From Paragordius varius (Eukaryota; Animalia; Nematomorpha): DNA of 64,000 nt. Each line of letters opens with the position of its first letter. The first letter of the stretch is position 1. This document shows positions 1 through 13,166 of the stretch, piece after piece. The notes below the pieces were generated by a model that did not search any database, was not told the origin of the DNA, and worked only from the letters and a program-made list of their open reading frames with translations. The stretch lies in NCBI GenBank assembly GCA_964247055.1, contig OZ176057.1:2790001-2854000 (forward strand), given 5' to 3'. A program made the position numbers and the translations under genes.

Positions 1-204
1 CACCGTAAGATTCAGGCTAAAGGCTTTTTCACTTAGGGCATCTGCAAAAAGAGGTTTCAAATTAATATTAATAAAATTAATTTATGATATTTTAATTATT
101 TAATCAGGTTAAGAAAGTTCATTTTTTGTTAAAATTATCAAATGGGAAATTATATAGAAAATTGTATTCCCGTAACATATTATTCAAAATTTATTATATA
201 TGGC

Positions 205-3200
205 TAAAATGACCAGATTTTTTGAAAGAAAAAGCGGGACAAATTCGAGAAGGGGGGGTCATTGGGGGGTACAACCAAAAATTTTTATACAAAAAATTTA
301 TTGTAATATTTATTTATTTTTAACACAAATACATTATAAATATAAAAAATTTGTACCTCACAGGTTGTTTGTACCTTATTCAATAAATTTACATGTGCAC
401 GAACAAAGGGTGAAGTGATTGTAATATTCTAGAAAAAAATATTAAAGACGAAATCATCACAAAGTGCGCTGGGTGATGCAAGAAGCGGCACAAAAAATAT
501 TTTTAACAATTTAGCGAATAATTTTAATCAAAACATTATTGGCAGATACACAACGCTATTCAAACAGCTACTGATTTGTTACCCCTGGATGTGGAAAATA
601 TAGATGTTAAAATGCTTGGATATTGTAGAACTGTTGGTTAGCTATTTTGCCAGCGATTGAAATATTTATAAAAATGTGATCTCCTAGAATCCTATTTTTT
701 ATCACAGGACAAAGGTCATTCCAAGTCAAAAAAGGTTAGAAAATAATTTTATACCATTACCTAATCGCAATATTATAAAGCATCCAGAAAAACAAGGCTC
801 AATGAATAGCCAAAATATAAAATTTTTATACAAACAGAAACGATTATTTGGAAGACAAGACGGTGCACAATGACACTTTTTTATGAAGTCTCATTATTAA
901 ATAAATATATTGAATGAAAACTTATATTATGGACAACAGAAAAAAATACGTAGGATAGAAATGGTTAAAATAATCATTTTTAAACAAATTATGTTCCATA
1001 CAATAAATTTTAATTTTAGAATTTGCATTATCTTAACCTGAACCACTGCTAGTGAACGCGTTTTTCCACACTAAATTAAGTAAGGACACGGAATCAAATT
1101 TAAATGTTGAATAAAAGCGATTTTATGTGTTCAAATATAATTTGACAAATTATGAAGACTTATACAATATTTTAAGTAATTTTGTTTATTTTTAACATAA
1201 AAACTTTGTAAATATAAGAAAATATTGTATTCTTTGGTATATTTTTTGTTCGAGTGAATGCGTTTTAGCAGATTGTCATCATATTTTAAAATATTGTAGA
1301 AGTCTTCACAAGAATTTGTCAAATTATATTTGACAGATAAAACGGCCTTTAAAGTCATTTAAATTTGATTTTTCCGATGTCCACACCTGATTTACTATGG
1401 AATCGCGCTCAGTAGCAGCGTAGGTTCCAGGTAAAGATAGTGCAAATTACAAAATTTTTAAAATATTATTTTATGGAACATAGTTTGTTTCAAAATGATG
1501 AAATATTTCTAACCATTTCTACTGATTTTTTTTCTGTTGTCCATAATTTAAGTTTTTCATTATTGATATATTTTATAACTAATGATACTTCTGAAAAAAG
1601 ATCATATTCTGAAAGGTTACTTTTTGGGAATTTTTGGGAGATGCAGATGTAATCAAATGATTTTTGAACATCGCAACAATTAATCCAATGAAAATGATCA
1701 ATTTCATTGAATTGCACCGTCAAGTCTTCCAAAAAATCTTTACAGTTTGTATAAAACATTTTTATATGGTACAGGATATCGTAGGGATTTATTAAGCGTT
1801 TTTCTAAATTATTTATTATATTGCGGATGGTTAAAGGTATAAAATTATTTTCTAACCATTCTTGACATTGGAATTTTAGGTTACTAACTTCGTTGGCTAC
1901 TGGATTGCCAAAATTTTGTCACCTTCTATAAATTTAATAACATTTTGAAAGAGAGAAGCTTGATTATGTAAGAATTCTAACCATATTTTTGAAGAATCAC
2001 TTTCAAAAAACTTTTTTAAAGTTGTAGGACATTTGTCCTGTGATAAAAAAAGATTTTAAAGGATCATTTAAAAAATTTTCGATAGCTGGCATAAAAGCTA
2101 ACCAATAAGTTTTACAATATCCAAGCATTTTTTGATATTAAACTTCTGCACTTTCACAGAATTCTTTAAGCGTTTCAATACGTACCGTGTATATACATAA
2201 AAATAATAATATATTTTAATAACTACATTTTCAACATCTAGGGGTAACAAATCAGCAGCTGTTTGAATAGCGTTGTGTATTATATGCGCTGCACACCCAA
2301 CGCCAATAATGTTTTGATTAGGATTATCTGCTAATTTATGAATATTATCATTCCGCTCCTTTTTCCACCGAAGTTCGTATTGGTGTTGTCAGCGCAATAT
2401 GCGATAATTTTGTCTTTTAAATTATTTTTTTCTAGAATATGCATTATTGTAGTAAATATTATTTCGGAATTTCCACCGGGTAGAGATTAAATCTAAAATT
2501 TTAATTTTTACTCCGGTTTCTGAATCAAAATATCTTATTAAAGTGGGAAATAATTTTGTTTCGTGGTAATTTGATGCATCAAAGTATAGGGATAAGAAAT
2601 TAATTTTCAACAAATCCTTTTGCATTTCAGAAAATGCATGTGGCGAAAGGACATTGCACACAATGGCTTCAGCCTTTGTACGGGCACATGTAATTTTTTT
2701 ATGGAATAGCGTGCGAATAACCTGTGAGGTACAGTCCATAGATCTAAAGGAATGATTGATTAACGGGGTGAAAAGATAATACGCCTCCGGCTAGTGCCAA
2801 ATTCTTTCCTCTCCAAAAGCGGTTTTTCGAAAAAAATCGCTCATTTTGTAAGATGATGCCGCCATATCTAAACATTTTTTATGTTTCTGTGTTTATGCTT
2901 TGTAATATCATGCTTGCCGCCATGTGCTAGGGTGAATTCCCCCTCGCATATAAGACATTTAACAGATGATTCATTCTTCGTTTTTTTTGATAAAAAGAAA
3001 ATCTTTCATTAATTCATCGTTGAATTTACAACCTCTTTTTGTGCTCATATTTATAAACTATTATTAGCATAATAAATATTATATTACCTTAATTTTCTGG
3101 AATAAACGTGTAAGGTACCGATTTGTAGTATCAATATGTCTTTTAATCTAGAGATTTGTGGTAGTAACTTGGCTTTTTGTTAATGATGACAGTAGTACTA

Positions 3201-3467
3201 GGAAGGAAAGTATATAATCATATTATATAAATTCAAAAAAAATAAATATTAATTTAAAAATAAAAAATTATAATTTTAATTTTATATAGATATTAAAGAT
3301 ATTTAATGATAAAAAATTTAAACGGATAAAAAAAATTTATTTGTATTAAAAAAAATTTTTTTATATAATCGTGAAAAAGCGGGACATTTTAAAAACGTAG
3401 CGGGAAGCGGGACAAAGTGTGAAAAAGCGGGACTGTCCCGCCAAAAGCGGGACGTCTGGTCACCTTA
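205..3467 (-). mobile_element. Decayed hAT DNA transposon (TAGGGTGACCAG-type termini), copy 1
   Basis: Termini TAAAATGACCAG (205) and CTGGTCACCTTA (3456-3467). Perfect 8-bp TSD TATATGGC at 197-204 and 3468-3475. Subterminal AAAAGCGGGAC repeats. Broken transposase on the minus strand (e.g. ORF 2422-2739, CARTKAEAIV...FDASN...LIRYFD). Confidence 0.88.
420..1180 (+). pseudogene. Inverted, internally deleted copy of the same hAT transposase region
   Basis: ~420-800 is the reverse complement of parts of ~1810-2450, and ~960-1180 of ~1270-1500. This segment is absent from copy 2 (53773-55821). Boundaries approximate. Confidence 0.7.
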
Positions 3468-5020
3468 TATATGGCATATGATTTTGAAATAACCTGTCCT
3501 CGTATTAAAAAATTGAGTTTTTTTACGTTTTCTATGCTAATTAGGTGGGTGGTATGATATTTCTTAATTTTTTCCTAAACTTTAATTTTTATTAGTTTTC
3601 TTATTTTTTGCATAAACAAATTTGAGATACTTTGTTGAAGCGTATTTCAACCTATTTTGAAGAATGATGGAAACGCTGTAACAACTATTTTGAAGAATGA
3701 TGGAAATGGTGTAACGCTATAATATATAATTAAACCCTTTTTCTAAATTCGATGATGTTGAACATTACTATAGTAATTTAAAGGTTTGCTTTCTTGCATA
3801 TTTTGGTGAATTTTTGTAAAACAAGATAATTCTGAGTGAGGAAAACGTATAGCATTATCGAAATATGTATATAAAGTATTAAACCGTTTATATTCCATCA
3901 TGCTGAAAATAGTATGAAGTACGCTTCAACAAAATTCTGTTAAAAAATAGATTTAAAGTATGCATTTTTTTAAAAATATAGATATCAAAATTTAACTTAT
4001 ATTTAAAATTATTGCACAATGTCGGAATTTTTGCGTTTTCTTTGAGAGAACAGTCCATTTTAAAAGAGCCAAAAAAATTGATACTTTCAGAGCACACATC
4101 TAACAATTTAAACTATTTAAAAATATTGTTTTGTTATTTATATGCAGTTAATGTTATATTTTAGTGATGTTTTGAAATAAAGCATTTAGTTTTCACTAAA
4201 AAATATATACTGCGCACTTTTTGCATATTTTATACGGAGCACCTAACATAAAAGTGTGAATAACTTTCTTTAATAACTTGTAAGGGTTAAAACCAAAAGC
4301 ACCATGATAATCCTGATATGTTCCTATCATAATATATATAAATATTTGATCAGGATATTTTTTGTGAAAACTGTGTTTTATACCACATTGATGGTGTAAA
4401 AACAGGCAAAGTATGATTTAATTTTGTACTGCGTCCAAGTTAAAAATATCTGGTCACATTAGTAATGACGAAAGTTTGTGTAGTAAACGATGTGGTTGTT
4501 TATCCTAACCCCATCTACCGACGATGATTTTAGCGAACATTTGAATAGTGAATTACGCTAGACAACAATTTTTCTGCCATAATTTTTTACATCTGATATT
4601 TACTATCATTTTAACACCAAATAAATAAAATATATTCGACCTAAGAATTTTATATAATTTATTTTTTCATTATGCGCCCCCTTATCAAAATTTTACTAAA
4701 AAATGTTTTTCTTTGAAAATCTACAACAACCCTTTTGTAATATATCATTCGAAACAGTAATGAGAATAAAATGCATACTCAATGTTTTACATCGATCACG
4801 CGAAGCAAGTTTTTTTAATCTATATATTTTTAAAACTAATGGATGAAATCAGTTCAAACTTTGTTTAGAGGGCAATGAATCCCCAAAAAAGTTAACAAGA
4901 GAGTTTTAGCATTAAATCACTTATTTAATGATATGTCATTCAAAATAGCCATCTATTATTTTTTGTATTTTAAAGAAATCATCATATCAATATTAATTAT
5001 TTTCTTAGAAGGACTTAAAT

Positions 5021-5075
5021 TGTATCCAGAATTGTGAAAGCCTCAACACTCGCCTACCCACTGACAGGGATGATG
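5021..5075 (-). mobile_element. 3' fragment of the SINE-like family seen at 50397
   Basis: Reverse complement GGCGAGTGTTGAGGCTTTCACA matches GGCGAGTGTTAAAGCCTTCACA at ~50491-50512. Confidence 0.45.
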
Positions 5076-5371
5076 AAAATTTGTTTTAGATCACTTATTT
5101 TAGGGCGATTTTACATCTTTAATTTTGTATTTCAAACACAAATGGATAGCGATCTATTCGTATATATATGGGCATTCATTGAAATTTTTTAGGTAATGTA
5201 ACCAACCACCTTTTAAAGTTTTGCTAATTAGGTAGACATTATAGAATTTTTTTAAAAAGTATCAATTTTAATAAATATTTGTGAGCATATTCTTCCAAAT
5301 TATGGATTATTTTTTCGCGGGGAGCATCTGAATTCCCGGAGGGCTGCGTGTTGGACACCCCTTGTTCTAGA

Positions 5372-5690
5372 CCAGTGGTGCCCAACATGCGTGCTTCGGC
5401 CCTTCGAGTTATGCTGCACGCGAAATATAAAAACCAAAATACAAATACTACATTTTTAAAGAATACTCATATAAATCTTAGGTAAAATTATATTAAACTA
5501 TTCACAGAATAATCATTATATAACAAAGTACTAGCGCGAAATAAATTAGAGTCATATATTTTTGGTCTTTTTAGCCCTGTCTTGTACAAACATAAAATAT
5601 TTTTTATCAATGCTCCTATATTTTAAGTGCGGGGGCCGCCTGTTTTTTGCGTTATTAACGCGGACCCGCTGTGTGTTCGCTACATCCCTT
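5372..5690. mobile_element. hAT (Buster/Charlie-type) MITE, abutting the terminus of a second hAT element that ends at 5363
   Basis: Left end CAGTGGTGCCCAAC. TSD TTCTAGAC (5364-5371) / TTCCAGAC (5691-5698), matching the NTCTAGAN target preference of this group. GTGTTGGACACCCTTG immediately to the left is another hAT end. Confidence 0.55.
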
Positions 5691-6167
5691 TTCCAGACCT
5701 CTTTTAAGTGTAGCGCTAACCTGTCCCATCATCAAAGATTTGTAAAATAAGATAGATTTTATAATTTTGCATATGCAGATGGTTTCACAAACATAAAAGA
5801 TTGATAACTCAGGAATCGATCTATATTAATTATCTAGATATCATTATATGTTTAAAAGGTGTTTCCCCTCGCATTTGAGGATGATTCTAAGCTTTCTTTT
5901 TTTTGTACTTGGCTTACGACAAGGAAATATCCATGCTTATTTTTTTATAAAATAGAGATGGGTTTTGATACAAATTTAGGACTGTAAGCCCATTCAAAAT
6001 AATTTTATAACATTCATTGCTCCAGCCTGTAATTATAAGGGTTTTTTAAAAAATTAGGAATGCTAAGTCTCTAATTATAACAATATTTTTCTAAAGATCT
6101 TTTTTAGTATCACTACTAGAATTTCATAATTTTCAGGGATGCGATGAATGCGAGTTTATAAATTACC

Positions 6168-6794
6168 TCATAGGGTTAGCGATGTCCAAATATTGTTATT
6201 ATTGTTATCATTGCTACTTTCATTATTATTATCATTTATTTTATCATTATTATTGTCATTACTATTGTTATTATTATCAATACTACTACCATTATTAATA
6301 TTGTTATTGTCTATATTACTATCATTACTATTGTTTGGAGTAACCGGTGCGGGTGAGTTGGCCGGTAGGTCTACGTGTTTCAACTGATCTGCATGCTTTC
6401 TGACAATCTTCTGGTTTACCTGATCCCACACACTGTACGAAAGGAGACCCGTTCTATCAACAACATCGCCGGCTCGCCATCCAAAATTTTGTTCGTTTCT
6501 CATCATTACGGGTTGGTTTATTGAGAATTCACGGCGTGGACGGGGTGCGTCTAAGATTGTTGCTTTTGTGTTGATCCAGGTGAGGGGTGTTTGAGATACT
6601 CGTTTGAAGATTAGTTGAAACGGGGTTTCTTTTGTAGTCGCATGTATTGAATTACGGTACGACCATAGAGTGGTATTGAAAGCTTTTTGTGGTGAAATAT
6701 TATCATTTTTGATTTTTCTATACTTGCCCTTGAGGGTCCCCACTAACCTTTCTACCATCCCATTACTTTTAGGATGATAGGGGGTTACCCTCAC
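6168..6794 (-). pseudogene. Gypsy integrase C-terminal half with an Asn-rich microsatellite tail
   Basis: PYHPKSNGMVER motif, frameshifted relative to 6791-7915. (TAT/TGT)-type microsatellite at ~6190-6335. Confidence 0.8.
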
Positions 6795-7915
6795 GTGTTA
6801 AAACCCAAGTTTGTTAGAGTGGATGTGAAGTACGAATTACTAAAATAAGAAGCATTATCACTAATTACAGTCCTCGGAAACCCAAACCTGGCAAAGGTTT
6901 CCTCGAGTTTATGCACTATGTTTACCGAATTAACCCGTTTTAACATGAACCCTTCCGACCATTTTGATGAGCTATCAATCAATAATAACCAATAATACCC
7001 GTCAACTGGTCCCGCTATATCGATGTGTAACCGCTCCCATATCGCAGCATTTGGATCCCATTGATAAGTCGGATTTTCACCTAGGCTTGGCTTGTTTACT
7101 TGACATGAACTACACTCACTGTATCTTCTTACCAAATCGTTCTCTAATTTTGGCCAAAAACAGGTAAACCTTGCCATTGCTTTCATTGTTTCTACATTAT
7201 TGTGCCCGCTGTGTAAATAATTGACCACATTTGCCTGTAAGCTTTCTGGGATGATAATTCGATCGTTTAAACTGAGCAATCCGTATTGGTACGAAATCTC
7301 TCCCTTCCGGTTCGTAAACCCAGCCAACTCAACATCACTCCAATCTTGGTTATGAATCGCCTTAATTACTTTCTGCAAAATTTTATCCTTAACCGTTTCT
7401 CTCCGAATTTCATCGCGACTTAACTGAACGTTATGACAATTTAGGAACCTGAGATGTCTAGTTACCATGTAATCTCTATCGATTGTGTCAACATTATCAT
7501 CACCGGGACATCTTGACAAGTAATCGGCTCTATTTTTCGGACCCGCCTGATAACTTAGTTCAAAATCATAATCATTCAGTCGGTTAACCCATCTTAAAAC
7601 TTTCGCATTCTGAATTTCTTTCAAATTTCTATCCCTATTTATCAACCTAACCAGTGGTAAGTGGTCTGTCAAAATTTCAGACTTTCTACCATAAATGAAG
7701 TTGTGAAACTTTTCTAATGCAAAAACAATAGCCTTTAATTCTTTTTCTATCGTGGAGTAGTTCAATTCTGCGGTACTACATTTTCTTGAACCATAGGCAA
7801 TGGGTTTCCTTTCACCATTTACAACATGACTTAAAATACATCCAAACCCTATATCTGAGGCATCGGTTTCAATTACTAACTTTCTATCCGGATTGTATGG
7901 TGTTAACTTGTTCAC
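6791..7915 (-). pseudogene. Gypsy RNase H plus integrase N-terminal half
   Basis: ETDASD...NYSTIEKE...TDH RNase H motifs; HHCC zinc finger; HIDIAGP and ISDNAS of the IN core. Confidence 0.85.
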
Positions 7916-9979
7916 TTAATAATTCCTTAGGGCTTTCCAACAATTCTCATGTTTTTCCGACCAGTTCCATCTGACGTTCTTACTTGTTAAACTATGTAAA
8001 TCACTTACAATCAATTGAAGCTTGGGTATAAATCTTTCATGAAACGTTAAAAATCCTAGAAAACTTCTTAAAGATTTTTTATCCACAGGTTTTTTAAAAT
8101 CATTGATTGCTTTTACTTTATTCTTGCAAGGACTTATACCTTTATTACTTATTTCAAATCCCAGATAACTTACTGAAGGTTCACCAATTTTTATTTTATC
8201 TTTTCTTAATCTAAAACCTGCTAATTCTAATCGATTTAAAACATTATTAAGATTTATTAAGTGTTCCTGTTCAGATTTGCCAGTTACTAAAACATCATCT
8301 AAATATTCACAAGTGCCGGGACAATCTTTTATAACCTGGTCCATGATTCGTTGGAAAATTATTGGTGCTGTTGACAGTCCGAAAGGCATCCTTTTGTAGC
8401 GAAAAAATCCTTTGTGAGTCGCAATTAAGAGATCTTGTGATTCTTTGGTTATGGGCATTTGTAGATAGGCATCTTTCAAGTCAATCTTAGTGAAAACTTG
8501 GCCTTCGCCAATCTTACTCACTAAATCATCAAACGTTGGAATGATATGAGAGTCCTCAGTGAGCCACTTGTTGATGGTAACTCTAAAATCGCTGCAAATT
8601 CTTACCTCTCCATTCGCTTTGAGCACATTAACGGTGGGCGTGGCCCATGTCAGAGGTGTAAGGTTGGGATCTATAGGCTCCAGAATTTCTAACTTTTGTA
8701 ATCTTAGTAATTCATTTTCAACTTTTGCTCTTAGGGGAAACGGTACTCGGCGGCAAGGCCAAACTTTGGGGGAGGCATTGGGTGCTATATGAATTGTAAC
8801 TGGCTCAATGTAACCTAATTCCTCTTTAAATAGATTAGGGAAATTATCAATAATTTTATCAAGTTTAAGAAAGTTAATTCGTACTTTAGGAATGTCGAGG
8901 TTAAATCTCGTGATCCAATCCAAGCCACAAATGAGCGGTGCCTTTGACATTTTTTCTTTCAATACACAACATTCTGCGTTCCCCAAGTTTTGCCCATTGA
9001 TTTGCACTGTGACTGTTGTTACGCTCAGTAGAGGTAATATGCTATTATTGTAGGCTTTTACTGACGGTATGGGTCTAATAATTGGCTTGCCAATTTGTTT
9101 CCAGGTTTCAAAGCTGATAACACTGATGTCAGCTCCAGTATCATAGATAAACGTTTGTTCTGTGTTGTTTATCATTATTTTTACGGTCCATATTTTTGGC
9201 AGTGTTTTTTGATCTACACATTTTTGCGAAGTGATGAGGTTTTCCGCATTTATTGCAATTGCGGTTTCAGGCAGGACATTGTTTGGTCCATGGCTATTAC
9301 CACAACGATTGCACGAATGTGTTAGGGGTTTTGCTGTTGGCTGTCGTGAACGCATGGCCTTATTATTATTGGTATGTTGTAATCGATTTAAATTATTACC
9401 ATTGTTATAATTGGTATTATCATTATTGTTATGAAGGCCAGCCCTGGCAGCCTCGTGTGCTAGTGCGAGATCCACTATCGTTTCTAGAGGCACGGGTTGT
9501 CCGTTGATCTCGGCATCGGGATACCTTAAATGTATGTCAATTTCCAATTGTGGTTGCCGTAACCCAACGACGAAGGCATCCCGAATCCGTTCCTCTATTG
9601 AATCATTAAATTTTGCCTCTTCGGCTGCGATCTTTACCCGTTCTAAAAATTGGGTAAACGATTCGGTGTTGTTCCGCACAAGTCGAAAAAACTCAATGCT
9701 TTGGAATTTTGACTTTGTGGGATTGAATACCTTTAAACCCGTTGCCATTATCTCGGTCCATGCTGCATCTTTTATCTTTTTCGGATAGAGTCGTTGGTTG
9801 ATTTTGCGTACCACCATTAGACCACCATACGTAAGCAGGGTTGTTTTAACGGCTTGTTCTGTAACAGGGATATCTTTTGCCTCCATAACATTTGTCATAT
9901 ACTCAACGTATTCCTTAAACTTAATATTATCATTATATTTTTCGATGCATAGGTTAGCGAGATTGATTGGCGTTGTCAT
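7916..9979 (-). pseudogene. Gypsy gag-protease-RT segment (687-aa ORF with an out-of-frame zinc knuckle)
   Basis: PR and RT motifs in frame. The CCHC knuckle CNKCGKPHHFAKMC lies in a shifted frame at ~9210-9280. ORF ends in TAA at the RT/RH junction. Confidence 0.85.
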
Positions 9980-10046
9980 GTTCGATTGGGTATCAGTAAG
10001 ACCTTCACTAGCACTAGCTTAGTTCGGTACTCGAATTGGCTACCAA

Positions 10047-10335
10047 TGTTATCTTGTAAAGATGAGGAGATAATATAAGAAATGTGAAATGAGTTATTTA
10101 TTTGGTTTTTTTAGGGTGTATATATAGTAATTTTAGTTGTACATGATTTGCATTATATCAATAAAATTTCAAGTAACAAAGGTTATAATATTTACATATT
10201 ACACAAAAAATATAGAAAATAATCCAATTCAAATAACGGTGAAAGTTATGATATATAACCAAGGTATGTACATTTGCATGTAACACAGAAAATTATGATT
10301 TAAAAATAAAGTATATCTTTCAGATTTGCATAACA
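10047..10335 (-). repeat. Putative 5' LTR of the Gypsy element
   Basis: TGTTAT...ATAACA inverted termini. TATA-like and AATAAA motifs on the minus strand. PBS-like TGGTAGCCAA (revcomp of 10036-10045) lies 1 nt inside. No matching 3' LTR was found. Confidence 0.6.
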
Positions 10336-10361
10336 TATATCTAGAATAATTTTGTGCTAGG

Positions 10362-10723
10362 GGGGGAGGGTTTTTTGAAAAAAGGGACAATAAAACGGGT
10401 AAAAAGAGGGCCTAAATTAAAAAAGCGAGACGACTATGTTTGGCACAATCGAAAATAAAACAATTATATTTGAAATTGAATGGTGCAACACTTTTTCAGG
10501 AAAATTGTCTCAAAGACACGATTTTTGTGGACTTCTGTTTTCAAAAAAACCCGTTTTTTACACCGGTTGGGCCCGAACTGGGGGCCTAAATTAAAAAAAG
10601 GGCGAAGTTATTGTCGGGGCATTTATTAATAATATATTTTTTTGATATTTGGATTTGCATGGGTTTACCGGTTTTCCGGAAACAGATCACAAAGCCAGAA
10701 TTTTCCATTTTTATAAATATAGA
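10362..10723 (-). mobile_element. Helitron 5'-terminal fragment
   Basis: Minus strand begins TCTATATTTATAAAAATGG with a flanking A. Same sequence as 37790-38141 and the 47-49 kb array. Left boundary approximate. Confidence 0.75.
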
Positions 10724-13166
10724 TGAAAGGTAAACGTAAGGATTTTCATGGTGCGTTTGGTTTTGCTACTTAAGAAAAAGAAAGTTATATACACTTTTGT
10801 GGTAAGTGATCCATCTCATAAATTACAAAATTCATTCACAGTTTTATTAAATAATATTATTTTGGTGAAACCTAAACTTCAAAAAATATCATTATAATAT
10901 ATATCCACTACATAAAAAACAAAACAATACTTTCAAAAAAATCTGATTTTTCAGGCGTAGAAGAAATTACAAATTTATTTTTCTCTTGTAAATTAGACTA
11001 GTTTACTTAAAATAAACAATGCCGAGATTGCGATAAAAACTTTGAATATATTATTTTGATATATAGTTTTTTACTTTTTAGGAAATTTTGTTGAAGTGTA
11101 CTTTATATCGTTTTGAGGTTTCGTGGAAACAGTTAAAATGCGCTTTATGATATTAAAAAATACTTTTTCTTTATAGTTCGATGATACGCTCAGAATTTTC
11201 TTAAATTCGTTCGTCTTCAAATTTGATATAATTAAATTGTGTCTTTTACAAAAAAACCAAGATTTTACAGCAAACGCATTTAAATTCAAATTTTGAAGCG
11301 ATGTGTTCAGCATTATCGAAATATATATAAAAAATGTTTTTACAATATTTTCGTTTTTATAACATTTCTTAGTCAAATAATAAGGAGTACATTAAAAAAT
11401 ATATGAAAACTTATATAAAATTTTATTGCTTAATCTCGGCTTTTTAAGCGTTCATTTGAGGAGTGAAAAAATTTAGGGCCTTTGAAGCATATATCCAAAA
11501 ATTAAATTTGAAATATATTGTTTTGCCTTTTATATGTAGTTTATGATATATTTGGTTATATCATTTGGAATGAAGTATTTAGCGTTTACCAAATTGTTAA
11601 AAAATATGTGTCAATTACATTATTTTCTGATATCGAGCTATACTACAAAATTGATAATTTTTTTATTTCACTCGTAAGGTTCAAAACCAAAAGCACCATG
11701 ATAATCCTGATATATTTTCCCATCAAAATATCTATATTTTATCATAATACACTTTTATAGCCCCCCGATCTAGAAGGCAGTGTATGTTATTAAATATTAT
11801 AGCAAAACGGAAGTAGGAAGCCCTTATCTAAAATAAAAAATAAAATTTTACTTTTGCATTGGAATATAACATTTTCATTTCACTCCTTCTATTTAAATTA
11901 GGGTAGGTAGATATTCCCGGCATGTTTAAAATAGAAAACTTTACTAAGAATGGAAGGAATTGAAACCATGGCAAAGTTTTGCCCACTTGTATAATAGTAA
12001 TACACTGAAAAATAAAATGATCATTATAATTGATTTTTATAGTTAAACTTAACGTTAAATATTTAGTCAACACGACATATCTGCATTTGCTAAATTTAAT
12101 AATTATACATACACCACTTTTTCTGTTTCTATCAATGTTAAATGTGATTTAAATTACAATGACGTCGAAATAGTTTGATATTTAAACTAAATTTTATTAA
12201 GATAATTAAAAAAGCATAAATTTAAATTATGACCCTTTCTTTCAGTAGTTTTTTAAAAATATCAACTTAAATATAGTCTGAGTAGACCCAGAAAAGATAA
12301 TCAAACACCCGCCTTATAACATCCAATCTGATCATTTATCCTCAGACAGATCCGCCTAAAGAAAATTTAAGTCTAGGAAAATGTAAACAAGTAAACAAGT
12401 AAAGGGTGTAGCGTCGGAAGATCGTCGGCCACCTGCCGTCAAGGCAATCCCTACCCACCCGTAATGCATTGAGCTTCAGAGCGGGGAAGCACATCGGAGG
12501 TTGGGGTTGACGTTAGTATCTACATACATAAATAAATGCCTTCATGTTAGATGTGTTAATGGGAGTTAATATAGCTAATAAGCTATATATATATATTTTA
12601 AAAGAAATGTTAATATCGCCTGGTTAGGTAGGTAAAAGCAATATTTAAGTTTAAATAACCGTACAAACAGGGTTTGATTACTCCAGAAAGTAATGTCAAA
12701 GATCTATGTCGGGTCAAATGTAGAGTTAATTTTAAGCTCTTATCCTTAATGTGGAAGGGGGTCTTCTTTTGCTTCTAAATGAGTATGGCCTTTAGGTAAA
12801 CCAATTTTGGAGATATTAGACATTACAAGCGTCAACGTTACCCCTTCGTGCGACCATGTTTCAGTTGTACCTTCAACTGGGACGCTAACCCGGGATAAGT
12901 GGTCGTTGAGCTTGCTCTGAGCTAAGTCTCAACTCCGACCAACAGAGATGTCGGAGATTGGTAACCAGCCCTGCTCAAATATCAGCGGCTACAACATTGC
13001 TCTCCAGGACGTCGTCCCACAATAATTGGCTAATAGTCTACTCAGAGTCGCGTCTTGCATGCTTTATACATTCAGTGGTACATTTTGTTCGTGGGATATC
13101 TGTGGGAAGCAGTCTATATTAACTAACTGTATAGGTGTTTACCATTAACAGATTTTGTTGTAAATA

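Larger units (their letters stand above)
6168..10335 (-). mobile_element. Ty3/Gypsy LTR retrotransposon (single gag-pol type), degenerate, with only one LTR recognisable
   Basis: Domain order gag-PR(DTGADIS)-RT(YLDDVLV)-RH(ETDASD)-IN(HHCC, HIDIAGP, ISDNASY, SNGMVER). LTR-like segment 10047-10335 with adjacent PBS-like TGGTAGCCAA. Confidence 0.92.

Noticed and set aside
7913-7921. In-frame TAA between two Gypsy pol ORFs, suggesting programmed readthrough
   Set aside because: It lies at the RT/RH junction rather than gag/pol, and a locally shifted frame restores the expected residues, so small indels explain it.
10750-11760. AT-rich ORFs (e.g. 11071-11376) and a ~60-bp match between ~4283 and ~11676
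   Set aside because: Probably a very old repeat, but no family, termini or protein motif could be supported.
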